Shown: in pieces, positions 49,526 to 60,855 of the stretch
How the letters are laid out: the number at the start of each line of letters is the position of its first letter
Numbering within the stretch: position 1 is the first letter of the stretch
Assembly (NCBI GenBank): GCA_902793125.1
Contig: CADBCC010000008.1
Location: 1,492-65,491, forward strand
Direction of reading: 5' to 3'
From: an uncultured Ruminococcus sp.
Lineage (GTDB): Bacteria > Bacillota > Clostridia > Oscillospirales > Acutalibacteraceae
Length of the DNA: 64,000 nucleotides
Made by a program: the position numbers and the translations under genes
The notes under the pieces: generated by a model
The model's input: the letters and a program-made list of their open reading frames with translations, nothing else
Told to the model about the DNA's origin: nothing
The model's database searches: none

Positions 49526-52036
49526 GTGGATAATCAAATTGAAGAAAAAACATTAAACGGAAAAATAATAGACGTCGACGTCGAAAAGGAAATGAAACAA
49601 TCCTTTTTGGACTACTCAATGTCGGTAATTGTAAGCCGAGCTCTGCCTGATGTACGCGATGGTTTAAAGCCCGTACACAGACGTATTCTTTATACAATGT
49701 ACGAAAGAGGTCTTGAGCCGAATAAACCGTATCATAAGTGCGCAGATACAGTCGGCGCGGTTCTCGGCGCGTACCATCCGCACGGCGACGCCTCGGTTTA
49801 TGACGCGCTCGTAAGACTTGCGCAGGATTTCTCGATGAGATATATGTTAGTTGACGGTCACGGAAACTTCGGTTCGGTTGACGGAGATCCGCCCGCGGCC
49901 TACAGATACACAGAAGCGCGTATGAGTAAAATCTCAACCGAAATGCTCACAGATATTGAGAAAAAGACGGTTGATTTTGTTCCGAACTATGACGACAGAC
50001 TCGAAGAACCCACAGTTTTACCGAGCCGTTTTCCGAACCTGCTCGTAAACGGTTCGAGCGGTATAGCGGTCGGTATGGCGACAAATATTCCTCCACATAA
50101 TATGGGCGAGGTAATTGACGCAATTGAACTTCTTATAGATAATCCCGAAGCAAGCGTCGCGGAAATTATGGAGTGTATTCCCGGTCCCGATTTCCCGACA
50201 GGCGGTATAATTATGGGAAGAAGCGGAATAAAAGCCGCTTACGCTACAGGAAGAGGACGAATAATTGTCCGCGCTAAAACCGAAATAATCGAAGCGAAAA
50301 ACAACCGCTTTAAGATTATCGTTACCGAACTTCCTTACGGAGTAAATAAAGCGCGCCTTATCGAGCATATCGCCGATTTGGTTAAGGATAAGAAGATAGA
50401 GGGAATTACCAATATCGAAGATCACTCCGACCGAAACGGAATGCATATCGAAATCGATATCCGACGCGACGCGTCTCCTCAGATTGTACAGAACCAGCTG
50501 TTCTCATATACCCAGCTGCAAACTACGTTCGGAGCGATAATACTTGCGATTGTTAACGGCGAGCCGAAGATTTTAACCCTTAAAGAATGTCTTGAACACT
50601 ACATAGATTTCCAGGTTGAAATTATTACACGCCGTACTCAGTTTGATTTAAAGAAAGCTCAGGACCGCTGTCATATTTTAGAAGGATTAAAAATAGCTAT
50701 CGACAATATCGACGAAGTTATTAAAATTATCCGCGCAAGTAAAGATACAGCTACAGCGAAAGCAAATTTGATGGAGCGTTTCGATCTTGACGAAGCTCAG
50801 GCTCAGGCGATTGTGCAGATGCGTCTCGGCCAGCTGACAAATATGGAACGCGGAAAAATCGAAGACGAAATCGCTGCGCTTCTTGCAAAAATTAAAGAAT
50901 ATACCGAGCTTTTGGGAAGCCACCATCTCCTGCTTGAAAAAGTTAAGGAAGAAGCAATTGCGCTTCGAAATAAATATTCCGATCCCCGCCGTACCGAGAT
51001 TTGCCACGTAAGCGGAGAGGTCGATATCGAAGATCTTATCCCCGAAGAGGACTGTGTTGTTACGCTTACACGATTTGGTTACGTTAAGCGTATCGCCGAG
51101 GATGAATACACAATCCAGCACCGCGGCGGCAGGGGAGTCAAAGGTATGTCTACCCGCGAAGAAGATGTCGCGACGGAAATGTTTATCTGTAATACTCATA
51201 ATTACATTCTCTTCTTTACCGATAAGGGCAGAGTTTACAGGATTAAATGTTACGCTATTCCCGAAGGCACCCGCCAGAGCAAGGGTATGAATATCGCGAA
51301 TATTCTTCCGATTGCAACGGATGAAAATGTAACTTCTATGATTCCGGTTAAGGAATTTGAAGAAGATAAATACCTTGTTATGGTAACGAAACACGGAATT
51401 ATTAAACGTATTGCGTTAAGCGCTTATGATACCGCGCGTAAGGGCGGACTTATCGCGCTCGACCTTAACGAGGGAGATGAACTCGCCTGGGTAAGAATGA
51501 CTAACGGCGAAAACGAAATAATTGTCGCTACACGCGAAGGTATGTCTATCCGATTTAAAGAAAGCGACGTTCGTCCGATGGGACGCCAGGCTCGCGGAGT
51601 TAAGGCAATGAAGCTTAAAGAAAACGACATAGTTGTCGGAATGAGCGTAATTGACGAAAACGCGCTTATTCTCACGGTTTCCGAAACAGGATACGGAAGA
51701 TTAAGTAACCCCGATAACTACAGAGTTCAGTCAAGAGGCGGAAAAGGACTTACTAACTACCATACCGCAAAATACGGTAAAGTCGCGGGAATCGGAGTTA
51801 TTAATACGGATGACGATATTATTCTTATCAGCGAGGAAGGCGTTGTAATTAGAATCAACGCCGCGGACGTAAGAATCTGCGCCCGTCCGAGCAAAGGTGT
51901 AACGCTTATGCGTATTAAAGGCGATAACAGGGTTGTAAGCTTTGCTCATCTTCCGCACGAGAATGATGAAGAAACCGAAAAGCCCGAAGATAATTCGGCT
52001 CCCGAAGAAGAAATTCCCGAAGAGGAAAAAGAATAA
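49526..52036 (+). CDS. gyrA: DNA gyrase subunit A
   Basis: [12 protein letters not shown], the QRDR-type region ([14 protein letters not shown]) and a C-terminal beta-pinwheel. GTG at 49526 is correctly spaced from GGAG; the track start at 49517 overlaps the RBS. Confidence 0.97.
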   Translation: MDNQIEEKTLNGKIIDVDVEKEMKQSFLDYSMSVIVSRALPDVRDGLKPVHRRILYTMYERGLEPNKPYHKCADTVGAVLGAYHPHGDASVYDALVRLAQDFSMRYMLVDGHGNFGSVDGDPPAAYRYTEARMSKISTEMLTDIEKKTVDFVPNYDDRLEEPTVLPSRFPNLLVNGSSGIAVGMATNIPPHNMGEVIDAIELLIDNPEASVAEIMECIPGPDFPTGGIIMGRSGIKAAYATGRGRIIVRAKTEIIEAKNNRFKIIVTELPYGVNKARLIEHIADLVKDKKIEGITNIEDHSDRNGMHIEIDIRRDASPQIVQNQLFSYTQLQTTFGAIILAIVNGEPKILTLKECLEHYIDFQVEIITRRTQFDLKKAQDRCHILEGLKIAIDNIDEVIKIIRASKDTATAKANLMERFDLDEAQAQAIVQMRLGQLTNMERGKIEDEIAALLAKIKEYTELLGSHHLLLEKVKEEAIALRNKYSDPRRTEICHVSGEVDIEDLIPEEDCVVTLTRFGYVKRIAEDEYTIQHRGGRGVKGMSTREEDVATEMFICNTHNYILFFTDKGRVYRIKCYAIPEGTRQSKGMNIANILPIATDENVTSMIPVKEFEEDKYLVMVTKHGIIKRIALSAYDTARKGGLIALDLNEGDELAWVRMTNGENEIIVATREGMSIRFKESDVRPMGRQARGVKAMKLKENDIVVGMSVIDENALILTVSETGYGRLSNPDNYRVQSRGGKGLTNYHTAKYGKVAGIGVINTDDDIILISEEGVVIRINAADVRICARPSKGVTLMRIKGDNRVVSFAHLPHENDEETEKPEDNSAPEEEIPEEEKE

Positions 52037-52088
52037 AAATTAAGTGGTAAGCAGATTTTGCTTACCACTTTCCCTATGGAGATAAACT

Positions 52089-52643
52089 ATGGATATAATT
52101 TTAGCGTCCGCGTCGCCGAGAAGACAGGAACTTCTTAAAACAATTTTCAGTAAATTTACGGTTTTGCCCGCTGATATCGACGAAAGCCTGAGCGGAGATA
52201 TAAATGCCGAAGCCGCGGCGGAATATCTTTCCCGAAAAAAAGCGGAAAGCGTAGCGAAGAAAAATCCGGATAAACTGGTAATCGGCAGCGATACAACCGT
52301 TGTTTTGAATAATACTATTTTAGGAAAACCGAAGGATAAAAGCGACGCCCGGAATATGCTCAATATATTGAGCGGAAAAACACATAAAGTTATTACGGGA
52401 GTTTGTGTTTGTGCTAACGGAAAAACACATTCTTTCAGCGAGATAACGGAAGTTTCTTTTTATAAGCTCAGCGACGGGGAAATAGAAGATTATCTTGAAA
52501 CCGATGAATGGACCGATAAAGCAGGCGCTTACGGAATCCAGGGAAAAGCGGGCCTTTTTGTAGAAAAAATTAACGGCGATTATAATAATGTTGTCGGTCT
52601 GCCCGTATCGAGATTAAAACGTGAGCTGAAGGGATATATATAA
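52089..52643 (+). CDS. maf: Maf-like nucleoside triphosphate pyrophosphatase
   Basis: ILASASPRRQELL and AGAYGIQG motifs. Confidence 0.93.
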   Translation: MDIILASASPRRQELLKTIFSKFTVLPADIDESLSGDINAEAAAEYLSRKKAESVAKKNPDKLVIGSDTTVVLNNTILGKPKDKSDARNMLNILSGKTHKVITGVCVCANGKTHSFSEITEVSFYKLSDGEIEDYLETDEWTDKAGAYGIQGKAGLFVEKINGDYNNVVGLPVSRLKRELKGYI

Positions 52644-53346
52644 TGAAAAGAGTAATAGCGGGAATATTGATTTTAGTTTTTGTTTTCTCTTTTTCCGCCT
52701 GCGGTGAAAAGGAAAAGGTAAAAAACTTCCCAAAGGAGCAACCGAAGACCAGGCAAACTATCCGAAAAGAGATAAAAATAAATTTATCGAAAACGATAAC
52801 GAAACAGGAATGATTTATAATTTTACGCTCGATAAATATACAACCGAGTTCAATACGATGTATGAGAAAATCGGCGGAAATTATAAGGATTTTCCTTATA
52901 AAATGTGGAAAAAACAGTCGAGCGAAAGACAGTCCAACGGAAAACTATATAATTTTTATTATCTTAAAAACAAGTATGTTACTCTTACCGCGACCGAGGA
53001 AGACGAAAGCCGTCATATTGTAAATGTCGGATGCGGAATAACGGTAAAAAAGTTCAACTCGGATGAAAATAAAAAAAGCAAAGTTATGACAATCTGCGGA
53101 ATAATGGCGGCGGTTGCGGGAGGTTACACAAGCGACGACGTAAATTTTTTCGGGAACCTTTTTGCTGATACAATTTCCGCTAAGGATAACAGCTTCTGGT
53201 ATGAAAACTGTATTTATATCTTTGAAAAACAGGAAGCCTCAAACGGAGAAAACACGATTCTTTTCCGTACAATGCCCGCCGAAAAAAATATTCAGAGCGA
53301 ATGGAATTTAATAGACTATAAAGAATACTGGTTTGAGAAAAAATAA
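52643..53346 (+). pseudogene. lipoprotein gene split by a frameshift at an A6 tract
   Basis: The ATG at 52643 gives the lipoprotein signal MKRVIAGILILVFVFSFSACGEKEKVK.. and stops at 52813. The +2 frame is open from 52708 and continues into the 52810-53346 ORF. One extra A in AAAAAA (52720-52725) would fuse them. Confidence 0.6.
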
Positions 53347-53536
53347 AAGACGGAAAGTTTAGCTTTCCGTCTTTTAATATTTCTTGTTCGTTAAACAACT
53401 TTGGATAAAAAAGACGACATAAAGCCATAAACCCGAGAAATCATAGTAAACTATATACAAATTAAATATTACTCTTTACAAATTATTATTTATATATTAC
53501 AATAAGGAATACAGGATATAGAAAGGAGAGGTTTTT

Positions 53537-55861
53537 ATGAAAAAAACTATATCTTTAATCTTAGCGGCGCTTATGCTTTTATCGGTATTAAGTGTAACTG
53601 CTATGGCGGCAAACGGACCGAATCCGGACAGGAATGAATATGAAGAGTATACTGCTCATATTTTCTTTTATAATGTAAAGACCGACGGCGGAGATGTAGG
53701 TATCTTTTATGATAACGAACTGAAGGATACAATAGAAGGCGCGGAGTATGACGTGGAAACAAATACTCTTACCCTTACTGATTTTAACCACCCCGAATTT
53801 TCTCTCAGTATAGCAGATATGGGGGATGACTTTAAACTCAATATCCAGGGCGAGTGTGTTCTTCAGAACATTATAGTAAATACGGAAACTTACGGCGGAA
53901 GCCTTACTGTTACCGGAACAGGACTTCTTACAGTTAACCCCGAAAGAAGCGATGAAACAGCAGTAAGACTCTGGGCTGACGGCGCTGACGCTACACTTCA
54001 TATTGACGATACTGTAAGCGTTAAGTTCCTCAGCAGCTGGAACGCTGTTGCTTTCGACGGAACAGCCCACGCTGATAAAGATTCTGTATTTACACAGGGC
54101 GATAATACCGTTAAGGTTAAAGGCGAGAAAGCAAAAACTGTTTTATGTGTTGACGGCGCTTATGTAGATTATGATAATATGGAAAGCGTTGGCTATAAAG
54201 CTCACCAGATTAACGATCCCGATTGTTTATATGGAGTTTACGTAGTAACTGTTTCTGAGAGCGCGGGAGCCGGAGAAATCTATCACGTTGAAAGATATGT
54301 TGTCGACGAAAAGACCGGAAGATATGTTAAAGACGAAAGCTTCGATGCTTTAGATTTGACTAAAGAAGACTTCGAAGCTGAATACGTGCTTGAAAAAACA
54401 TCCTCAACCGAACCGAAAACTATAGAGTATTTAGACGAAAACTCAGAAAAGCAAACAGGATATTTAGTAGAGGTTCCCGGCCAGACTCCCGGCAGCGAAG
54501 AACTTTATGTAATTGATATCAACTATAATAAAGATTCGGATGATGGCTTTATTCATCGTATAAAACCTGTAGTATTAAACGTAACGGGCGAGTATGAGAT
54601 CGTTGCAACCATGGGCGGATACGAAGTAGATTTTGATTCTTTCTTTAACCGCGGCTATAAGTACGTTTACGAAGATGTAAATGTTGAATTCACAATTCCG
54701 ACAATGCAAACCGGAAATTATCCTGTAAGAGAAGATGAAGACCACAACCAATATATCTTCAATAACGATACTTTTTACAGAATCGACGAAAACCAGAAAA
54801 TTGAAATCGGCGGAGAAGAATATTATTTTATGACTCCCTGGCAGGGAATAACTGAAGATAATACTTCATTTATCGAAATCGAAGAAGATAAGTACAATTA
54901 TCTTTATGAAGGTGAAAAAGAAGGCGTCGAGGATGACGAGGACTATATCTACATAGCTCAGATTGCGACTCCCGACGAAACGGCAACATCCGAACCCGCT
55001 ACTTTTGATTCCGAACCGTCAACTGAAGATATTACCTCGGAAACAGGCGACGCAACAGAACCGCAGACAGGAAATCCGACCGATCCCACAGGTTCTCCCG
55101 AATCAACCGAACCTGTAACAGGTGAACCCGTAACACCTACAGCTGCTCCCACGGCTGCTCCTACAGCGGCGCCCACAGCAGCACCCGCGGCGACTCCGAA
55201 AGCTACAGATCCCACAGTTAAGGAAATTAAACCCGGCACACCCGAAAAACAGGTTGATAAGTATGTTTCTTCCTTAAAGACCGAAAACGACGCTAAGGGT
55301 ACAACCTTCGGACTGCTCTGCGCTCGTCAGAAGAAAGCAACCAAGAAATCCGTAACCGTAAAATGGAATAAGCTTAAGAAAGCTAAGTCATACATTGTAT
55401 ACGGCGCAAAATGCGGAACAAAGAAAGGTCAGATTCCGCCTTATAAAAAGATTAAGACTGTTAAGAATAATTCCTACACCAAGAAGGGATTAAAGAAAGG
55501 CACATACTTTAAGTTTATAATTGTAGCTCTTGATAAGAACAAAAAGGTACTTGCGTCTTCAAAGACAGTCCATATCGCGACCAAGGGCGGAAAAGTCGGC
55601 AACGACAAGACCGTAAAGGTAAATAAAACCAAGGTAACTCTAAAAGTTAAAAAGACGTTTAAGATAAAAGGCAAGGAAGTTGCCCAGTCCAAGAAGTTAA
55701 AGGTAAAACGCCACAGAAAGCTGAGATACGAAAGCTCCAATAAAAAGGTAGCTAAAGTAAACGGCAAAGGTAAAGTAACCGCGAAGAAGAAGGGCACAGC
55801 TTATATCTACGTATACGCCCAGAACGGACTTTATAAGAAAGTAAAGATTACCGTAAAATAA
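53537..55861 (+). CDS. large secreted/cell-surface protein with Pro/Thr/Ala linker and C-terminal Big_2-like Ig domain
   Basis: Signal peptide, (APTA)n repeat, Lys-rich region, and a terminal segment (YESSNKKVAKVNGKGKVTAKKKGTAYIYVYA) typical of Big_2. Confidence 0.8.
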   Translation: MKKTISLILAALMLLSVLSVTAMAANGPNPDRNEYEEYTAHIFFYNVKTDGGDVGIFYDNELKDTIEGAEYDVETNTLTLTDFNHPEFSLSIADMGDDFKLNIQGECVLQNIIVNTETYGGSLTVTGTGLLTVNPERSDETAVRLWADGADATLHIDDTVSVKFLSSWNAVAFDGTAHADKDSVFTQGDNTVKVKGEKAKTVLCVDGAYVDYDNMESVGYKAHQINDPDCLYGVYVVTVSESAGAGEIYHVERYVVDEKTGRYVKDESFDALDLTKEDFEAEYVLEKTSSTEPKTIEYLDENSEKQTGYLVEVPGQTPGSEELYVIDINYNKDSDDGFIHRIKPVVLNVTGEYEIVATMGGYEVDFDSFFNRGYKYVYEDVNVEFTIPTMQTGNYPVREDEDHNQYIFNNDTFYRIDENQKIEIGGEEYYFMTPWQGITEDNTSFIEIEEDKYNYLYEGEKEGVEDDEDYIYIAQIATPDETATSEPATFDSEPSTEDITSETGDATEPQTGNPTDPTGSPESTEPVTGEPVTPTAAPTAAPTAAPTAAPAATPKATDPTVKEIKPGTPEKQVDKYVSSLKTENDAKGTTFGLLCARQKKATKKSVTVKWNKLKKAKSYIVYGAKCGTKKGQIPPYKKIKTVKNNSYTKKGLKKGTYFKFIIVALDKNKKVLASSKTVHIATKGGKVGNDKTVKVNKTKVTLKVKKTFKIKGKEVAQSKKLKVKRHRKLRYESSNKKVAKVNGKGKVTAKKKGTAYIYVYAQNGLYKKVKITVK

Positions 55862-55870
55862 GTAAATAAG

Positions 55871-55904
55871 AAAAACACCGATGAATTTTCATCGGTGTTT
55901 TTTA
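55871..55904. terminator. bidirectional terminator between convergent genes
   Basis: AAACACCGATGAA / TTCATCGGTGTTT stem with flanking A/T runs. Confidence 0.85.
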
Positions 55905-55912
55905 TGTAAGAT

Positions 55913-56800
55913 TTAAAAATGTTTATAAATTTTAAGTTCATTGTTTTTAACTATACCGAGCCCGAAAAAACCGCCGTCATATTTTACCCTGTATATTTTT
56001 TTCTCAATATTTTCTTTGCCGCTAAGCGGGGTTCGGGTTATATCAAGCGCGCCGCCGTTTTGAAATCTCTGCGCCTGCGCTTTACTTACTTTTAATTCGG
56101 GAAAACTTAAAAACAGTTTTTCGGTTGAGATAAGCTTTTCCTCGATTTCGGTGGGGGAGAGTTTTTTTAATTTCTCTAAAGATAGACATTCTTCCTTAAG
56201 AAAGCCGCAGGCTTTTATACGGTCGAGCGAAGTCATAACCGCGCCCGCTTTAAGACTTGCGCCTATATCGTCAATTAAAGTGCGGATATAAGTACCCTTG
56301 GAACAGCTTACTCTTAACTTTCCGCTCTGAGTTTTTTCGTCAAAGTTCAAAAGATCCAACTCGTAAATTGTAATTTTTCTTGATTTTCGTTCAATCTCGA
56401 TTCCTTTTCGCGCTAAAGAGTAAAGGCGCTGTCCTCCGACACTTACTGCGGAGTACATCGGCGGAAGCTGTTCAATTTCTCCTCGGAAGTTTTTTAAAAG
56501 ATTTTCAAGTTCAGTAAGTTTAACCCCGCTTTTAATCTCACTTTTAATTTTGCCCCAGATATCGAGAGTATCGCTCGTGACACCTAACTTAAACCCGGCG
56601 ATATACTCCTTATCGTGGTTCGGAATAATATCCTGGGCTTTAGTCGCGTTTCCGAGCAAAAGCGGAAGAACTCCCGTCGCGTTTGGATCGAGAGTTCCGG
56701 TATGTCCTATCTTTTTTTGTGAAGTAAGCTTCCTTGCGATTGCTACAATATCAAAGGAAGTAAAGCCCTCCGGCTTATCAACTAAAAGTAATCCGTTCAT
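55913..56800 (-). CDS. truB: tRNA pseudouridine55 synthase
   Basis: GHTGTLDP catalytic motif and a PUA-like C-terminus. Confidence 0.96.
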   Translation of the reverse strand: MNGLLLVDKPEGFTSFDIVAIARKLTSQKKIGHTGTLDPNATGVLPLLLGNATKAQDIIPNHDKEYIAGFKLGVTSDTLDIWGKIKSEIKSGVKLTELENLLKNFRGEIEQLPPMYSAVSVGGQRLYSLARKGIEIERKSRKITIYELDLLNFDEKTQSGKLRVSCSKGTYIRTLIDDIGASLKAGAVMTSLDRIKACGFLKEECLSLEKLKKLSPTEIEEKLISTEKLFLSFPELKVSKAQAQRFQNGGALDITRTPLSGKENIEKKIYRVKYDGGFFGLGIVKNNELKIYKHF

Positions 56801-57723
56801 ATAAACATTTCCGCGGCTTCAATAAGCGTATTTAAAACGCTGTTTAAATCGCCGTTTAAAGTACAGCCCGACGCCGCGGTGTGGCCGCCTCCGCCGAATT
56901 GACGGCAGAACTCGCACGCGTCAACATCGTCGTTAGTGCGGACTGAAATTTTATAGTCCTTTTCTTTTTCACGAACGGTAATCCCCATTTTTACGCCTTC
57001 AATCTGGCGGGGGATAGAAGCGATTCCCTCGGTTTCGTCGTCGCTGAGTCCGTCGGTCATTTCTTTTGTTGTATAGATAATCGCGCATTTATCGTCGGCG
57101 CAGAATATCATTTTTTCGAGTATTTCTTTCTCGAGTTCGACTCTCGCTTTTGACTTGGATTCGAACATAACTTTATTGATGTAAGCGCTGTCGCATCCCA
57201 AATCGATTAAATCCGCGGCAATCCGCATAGTGCGGGAAGTTGTATTTGTATAACGAAAACAACCCGTATCCGTGCTGATCGCGGTATAAAGGCAGTCGGA
57301 AATATCCTTTGTATATTCAGCTCCCAAAAGAGGAATAAGCTCATATATTATTTCGCCGGCCGCGGCGGAGTTTTCGTCGACGTATTTATTGGGAGCGTCA
57401 ACGCGGTTGCTTTTGTGGTGGTCGATACAAAGGTCAATTCTGCCTTCGTATTTTTTTCGGTTAGCGCCTAAAAGCTTTTCGTCCGCAACATCCGCGGAAA
57501 TAACATATTCGCAGTCGAATTCGCTTTCTTCATAGCGGGAGAAAATAAACTCAAATTTTTTCTGGCGGTCGGTTGTAATTACTCTCGCGTTTTTTCCGAG
57601 CTGTTTTAACGCGTGCGCAAGCGCGAAGGCGCTTCCGATACAATCGCCGTCGGGATAGTTGTGAGTTAATATATCAAAATTATTATGTTGTAATATTAAA
57701 TTCGCAACTTCTTTTAATTCCAT
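56797..57723 (-). CDS. nrnA: DHH/DHHA1 phosphoesterase (NrnA-like oligoribonuclease/pAp phosphatase)
   Basis: DGDCIGS, DHH (IDHHKSN) and GGGGH motifs. Confidence 0.9.
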   Translation of the reverse strand: MELKEVANLILQHNNFDILTHNYPDGDCIGSAFALAHALKQLGKNARVITTDRQKKFEFIFSRYEESEFDCEYVISADVADEKLLGANRKKYEGRIDLCIDHHKSNRVDAPNKYVDENSAAAGEIIYELIPLLGAEYTKDISDCLYTAISTDTGCFRYTNTTSRTMRIAADLIDLGCDSAYINKVMFESKSKARVELEKEILEKMIFCADDKCAIIYTTKEMTDGLSDDETEGIASIPRQIEGVKMGITVREKEKDYKISVRTNDDVDACEFCRQFGGGGHTAASGCTLNGDLNSVLNTLIEAAEMFI

Positions 57724-57732
57724 AATTTTACC

Positions 57733-58071
57733 TTATTTTAAATCGTTTAATATTCGGGATATATTCGCGCTGTACTCAATACTGTCGCTTGCGGTGAAGA
57801 TAAGCTCGGGTACGTGGCGGAGCTTCAGGCGATGACCTAACTCACGCCGAATAAAACCCTTTGCGCTGTCGAGCCCTTTACAGGCTAACTTACAGCGTTC
57901 CATTCCCTCTATCGCGCTGACATAAACCGTGCAGTAGGAGAGGTCGTTCGTTACCTCAACGCGGATTATCGAGATAAACGCGTCTTTAACTCTCGGGTCT
58001 TTAAGTTCCCTGAAAATCGCCGTTAACTCGCGCTTTATATCCTCGGTTGTTCTTTCAATCTTATGTCCCAT
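57733..58071 (-). CDS. rbfA: ribosome-binding factor A
   Basis: ~112 aa, LKDPRV...VEVTNDLSYCTVYV motif. Located downstream of infB. Confidence 0.94.
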   Translation of the reverse strand: MGHKIERTTEDIKRELTAIFRELKDPRVKDAFISIIRVEVTNDLSYCTVYVSAIEGMERCKLACKGLDSAKGFIRRELGHRLKLRHVPELIFTASDSIEYSANISRILNDLK

Positions 58072-58082
58072 TTTTTATATTT

Positions 58083-58282
58083 CCTCGTCACCACTTGCAG
58101 TCCCTGTATAATATGTCATATCCCCCGCACCTTTGTGCCTATGTGAGGTTTTGGATAAAGAGGACAGGTTCTGCGTTTTGGTTTTTAGTCACCACATGCG
58201 GTTCCTGTATGAAATGTCATATCCCCCGTACCTTAGCGCCTATGTCAGGTTTTGGAAAAAGAGGACAGGTTCTGCGTTTTAG
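58083..58282. repeat. two tandem diverged copies of the ~100-bp repeat family
   Basis: Both copies contain ATCCCCCG(C/T)ACC...GGTTTTGGA(T/A)AAAGAGGACAGGTTCTGCGTTTT, shared with the 21972-22350 array. Confidence 0.8.
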
Positions 58283-58331
58283 TGATTAAAGTGAAAGTTC
58301 CTCTCGTAAATGATAATTACTTGTTTAATGC

Positions 58332-58374
58332 CTGTCATTTTGAATAAATAACGATGAAAATTTCAAAATGACAG
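58332..58374. repeat. perfect 13-bp inverted repeat (hairpin, 17-nt loop)
   Basis: CTGTCATTTTGAA (58332-58344) and TTCAAAATGACAG (58362-58374). Confidence 0.85.
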
Positions 58375-58491
58375 ACTAAATAACATGGTTAAACCCGCCG
58401 TTTATAGAGTTTTGGTTAAATGAAAAGCGTTTCCATAGGCGGCATTGGCTCCACGGGCTCCGTGGCGGTTTTGGCTGTCGGGGCACCCGAC

Positions 58492-60855
58492 TTAATCTCT
58501 GTATTCCTCAATCTCGTAAACCTCAAAGATATCTCCTTCTTTAAGGTCGCTGAATTTTTCAAGACAGATACCGCATTCATATCCTTCGGCAACTTCTTTT
58601 ACCGAATCCTTGAATCTCTGGAGAGAAGCTATGTTATCGTCGGCGATAATAATACCGTCGCGGACAACTCTAACCATACCGTTTCTCTTGATTTTACCTT
58701 TCTTAACGTACGAGCCCGCAACAGTACCGACGCTCTTAATCTTAATAACATTACGCACTTCGGCAGTACCGAGTTCAACTTCTCTTGTTTTCGGAGCGAG
58801 CATACCTTTCATAGCGCTTTCGATTTCCTCGATGCAGTCGTAAATTACTCTGTACATACGCATATCTACGCCGTCGCGCTCGGCGATACTTTGCGCGTTT
58901 GCGTCGGGACGCACGTTAAATCCTACTATAATAGCGTTTGAGGCGTTTGCGAGCATAACGTCGCTTTCGTTAACAGCTCCTACTCCGCCGTGAATTACGT
59001 TAACACGTACTTCTTCGTTTGTTAATTTTTCGAGACTCTGGCGTACGGCTTCAACAGAACCCTGTACGTCTGCTTTAACGATGATTTTAAGCTCTTTCAT
59101 CTCGCCCTGTTTCATCTGGTCAAAGAGGTTATCCAATGTAACCTTGGTCTGGGCGTTAAAGATTTCTTCCTTACGTTCGTCCTTACGCTGCTGCACAAGC
59201 TGGCGGGCAAGATGCTCGTTTGTTACGGAGTTGAATACATCTCCGCCTACGGGAACTTCGTCAAGACCTGTAATCTCAACGGGAACAGACGGGCCGGCGC
59301 TCTGAACCGCTTCGCCCTTATCGTTTGTCATAGCGCGCACACGTCCGAGACATGTACCCGCGACTACGATATCTCCCGCGTTTAATGTACCGTTCTGTAC
59401 GAGCACGGTAGCGATAGGACCTCTGCCCTTATCGAGACGCGCTTCGATAACAATACCTTTAGCCGCTCTGTCGGGATTGGCTTTAAGCTCTTTCATTTCC
59501 GCGACAAGAAGAACGTTTTCAAGAAGGTCGTCAAGTCCTTCTTTAGTTTTTGCGGAAACAGGCACACATATTACATCGCCGCCCCATTCTTCGGGAATAA
59601 GCTCATATTCGGTGAGTTGCTGTTTAACCTGTTCGGGGTTAGCGCCCGGTTTATCCATTTTATTAATTGCGACAATAACGGTAACTCCCGCCGCCTTGGC
59701 GTGGTTGATAGCTTCAATTGTCTGAGGCATAATACCGTCGTCCGCGGCTACAACGAGGATAGCGATATCCGTCGACTGAGCGCCACGGGCTCTCATTGTT
59801 GTAAACGCTTCGTGTCCGGGAGTATCGAGGAAAGTAATCGGCTGGTTATTAACCATAGTTCTGTACGCGCCGATATGCTGGGTAATACCGCCCGCTTCGC
59901 CTTCGGTAACGTTGGCGTGGCGGATTGCGTCGAGTATAGATGTCTTACCGTGGTCAACGTGGCCCATTACAACAACTACGGGAGCTCTGCTTTCGAGGTT
60001 AGCCTCGTCGTCTTCGCTGTCGTCAATAATTTTTTCCTCGATTGTAACGATAACTTCCTTTTCAACCTTTGCGTTGAACTCCATAGCGATAAGCTCGGCT
60101 GTATCGAAGTCGACCGTATCGTTAGCAGTAATCATAGAGCCCATCATAAACGCCTTTTTAACAACTTCGGCTACCGTAGCTTTAAGTCGGGAAGCGAGCT
60201 CGGAAACAACGATTTCCTCGGGAACGGTAATTGTGATTGAGCGTTCCTTGCGCTGTTTCTCGATACGAGCGAGTCTCTGCGCTTCGGTTTCGCGTTTTCC
60301 GCCTCTGCGCTGACGCTGTTTGCGGGCGCGGTTTGTAAACTTCTGCTTCTTACTTGTATCCTGATTACGGCGGAGTTTTTCGTTCGCCATATCGTCGTAT
60401 TTCTGGTTATATCTTTCGACGTCAACGTTCGTCTGGCGTGTATCGATTACACGGCGGTTTGAACGGTGGTCGGTGCCTTCTTCCTCGATTGTATTAACAA
60501 CCTCAACCTTTTCCTTCTTGCCTTTAGCGGGTTTGGTTTTGGAAGATTCTTTTTTAGCTTCTTTCTTTTCGGTTTTTTCAACGGGAATTTCTTTACGCTT
60601 GGATTCTTCTTCCTTAACTTCGTCAATCTGCTTTTCGTATTCTTCGACAGCTTTGTCGCGTACGGCAAAATATGAGTTGAAGTCTTCGAGCGCGTTTTCG
60701 CTCGTCATAACGTCAAAAATAACGTTAAGTTCATCAACCTCAAGAGTAGTCATAGACTTTTTATTTACACCGCATTTTTCCGAAAGAATTTCCGTAATTT
60801 TTTTACTTTTTACGTTAAAATCATCAGCTACTTCTTTTACCTTATATTTTATCAT
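58492..60855 (-). CDS. infB: translation initiation factor IF-2
   Basis: G domain ([18 protein letters not shown]), Lys/Glu-rich N-terminus, 787 aa. Confidence 0.98.
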   Translation of the reverse strand: MIKYKVKEVADDFNVKSKKITEILSEKCGVNKKSMTTLEVDELNVIFDVMTSENALEDFNSYFAVRDKAVEEYEKQIDEVKEEESKRKEIPVEKTEKKEAKKESSKTKPAKGKKEKVEVVNTIEEEGTDHRSNRRVIDTRQTNVDVERYNQKYDDMANEKLRRNQDTSKKQKFTNRARKQRQRRGGKRETEAQRLARIEKQRKERSITITVPEEIVVSELASRLKATVAEVVKKAFMMGSMITANDTVDFDTAELIAMEFNAKVEKEVIVTIEEKIIDDSEDDEANLESRAPVVVVMGHVDHGKTSILDAIRHANVTEGEAGGITQHIGAYRTMVNNQPITFLDTPGHEAFTTMRARGAQSTDIAILVVAADDGIMPQTIEAINHAKAAGVTVIVAINKMDKPGANPEQVKQQLTEYELIPEEWGGDVICVPVSAKTKEGLDDLLENVLLVAEMKELKANPDRAAKGIVIEARLDKGRGPIATVLVQNGTLNAGDIVVAGTCLGRVRAMTNDKGEAVQSAGPSVPVEITGLDEVPVGGDVFNSVTNEHLARQLVQQRKDERKEEIFNAQTKVTLDNLFDQMKQGEMKELKIIVKADVQGSVEAVRQSLEKLTNEEVRVNVIHGGVGAVNESDVMLANASNAIIVGFNVRPDANAQSIAERDGVDMRMYRVIYDCIEEIESAMKGMLAPKTREVELGTAEVRNVIKIKSVGTVAGSYVKKGKIKRNGMVRVVRDGIIIADDNIASLQRFKDSVKEVAEGYECGICLEKFSDLKEGDIFEVYEIEEYRD

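Noticed and set aside
49506-49937. 143-aa Arg-rich minus-strand ORF
   Set aside because: It is antisense to the conserved 5' end of gyrA. The Arg-rich translation is typical of a shadow frame.
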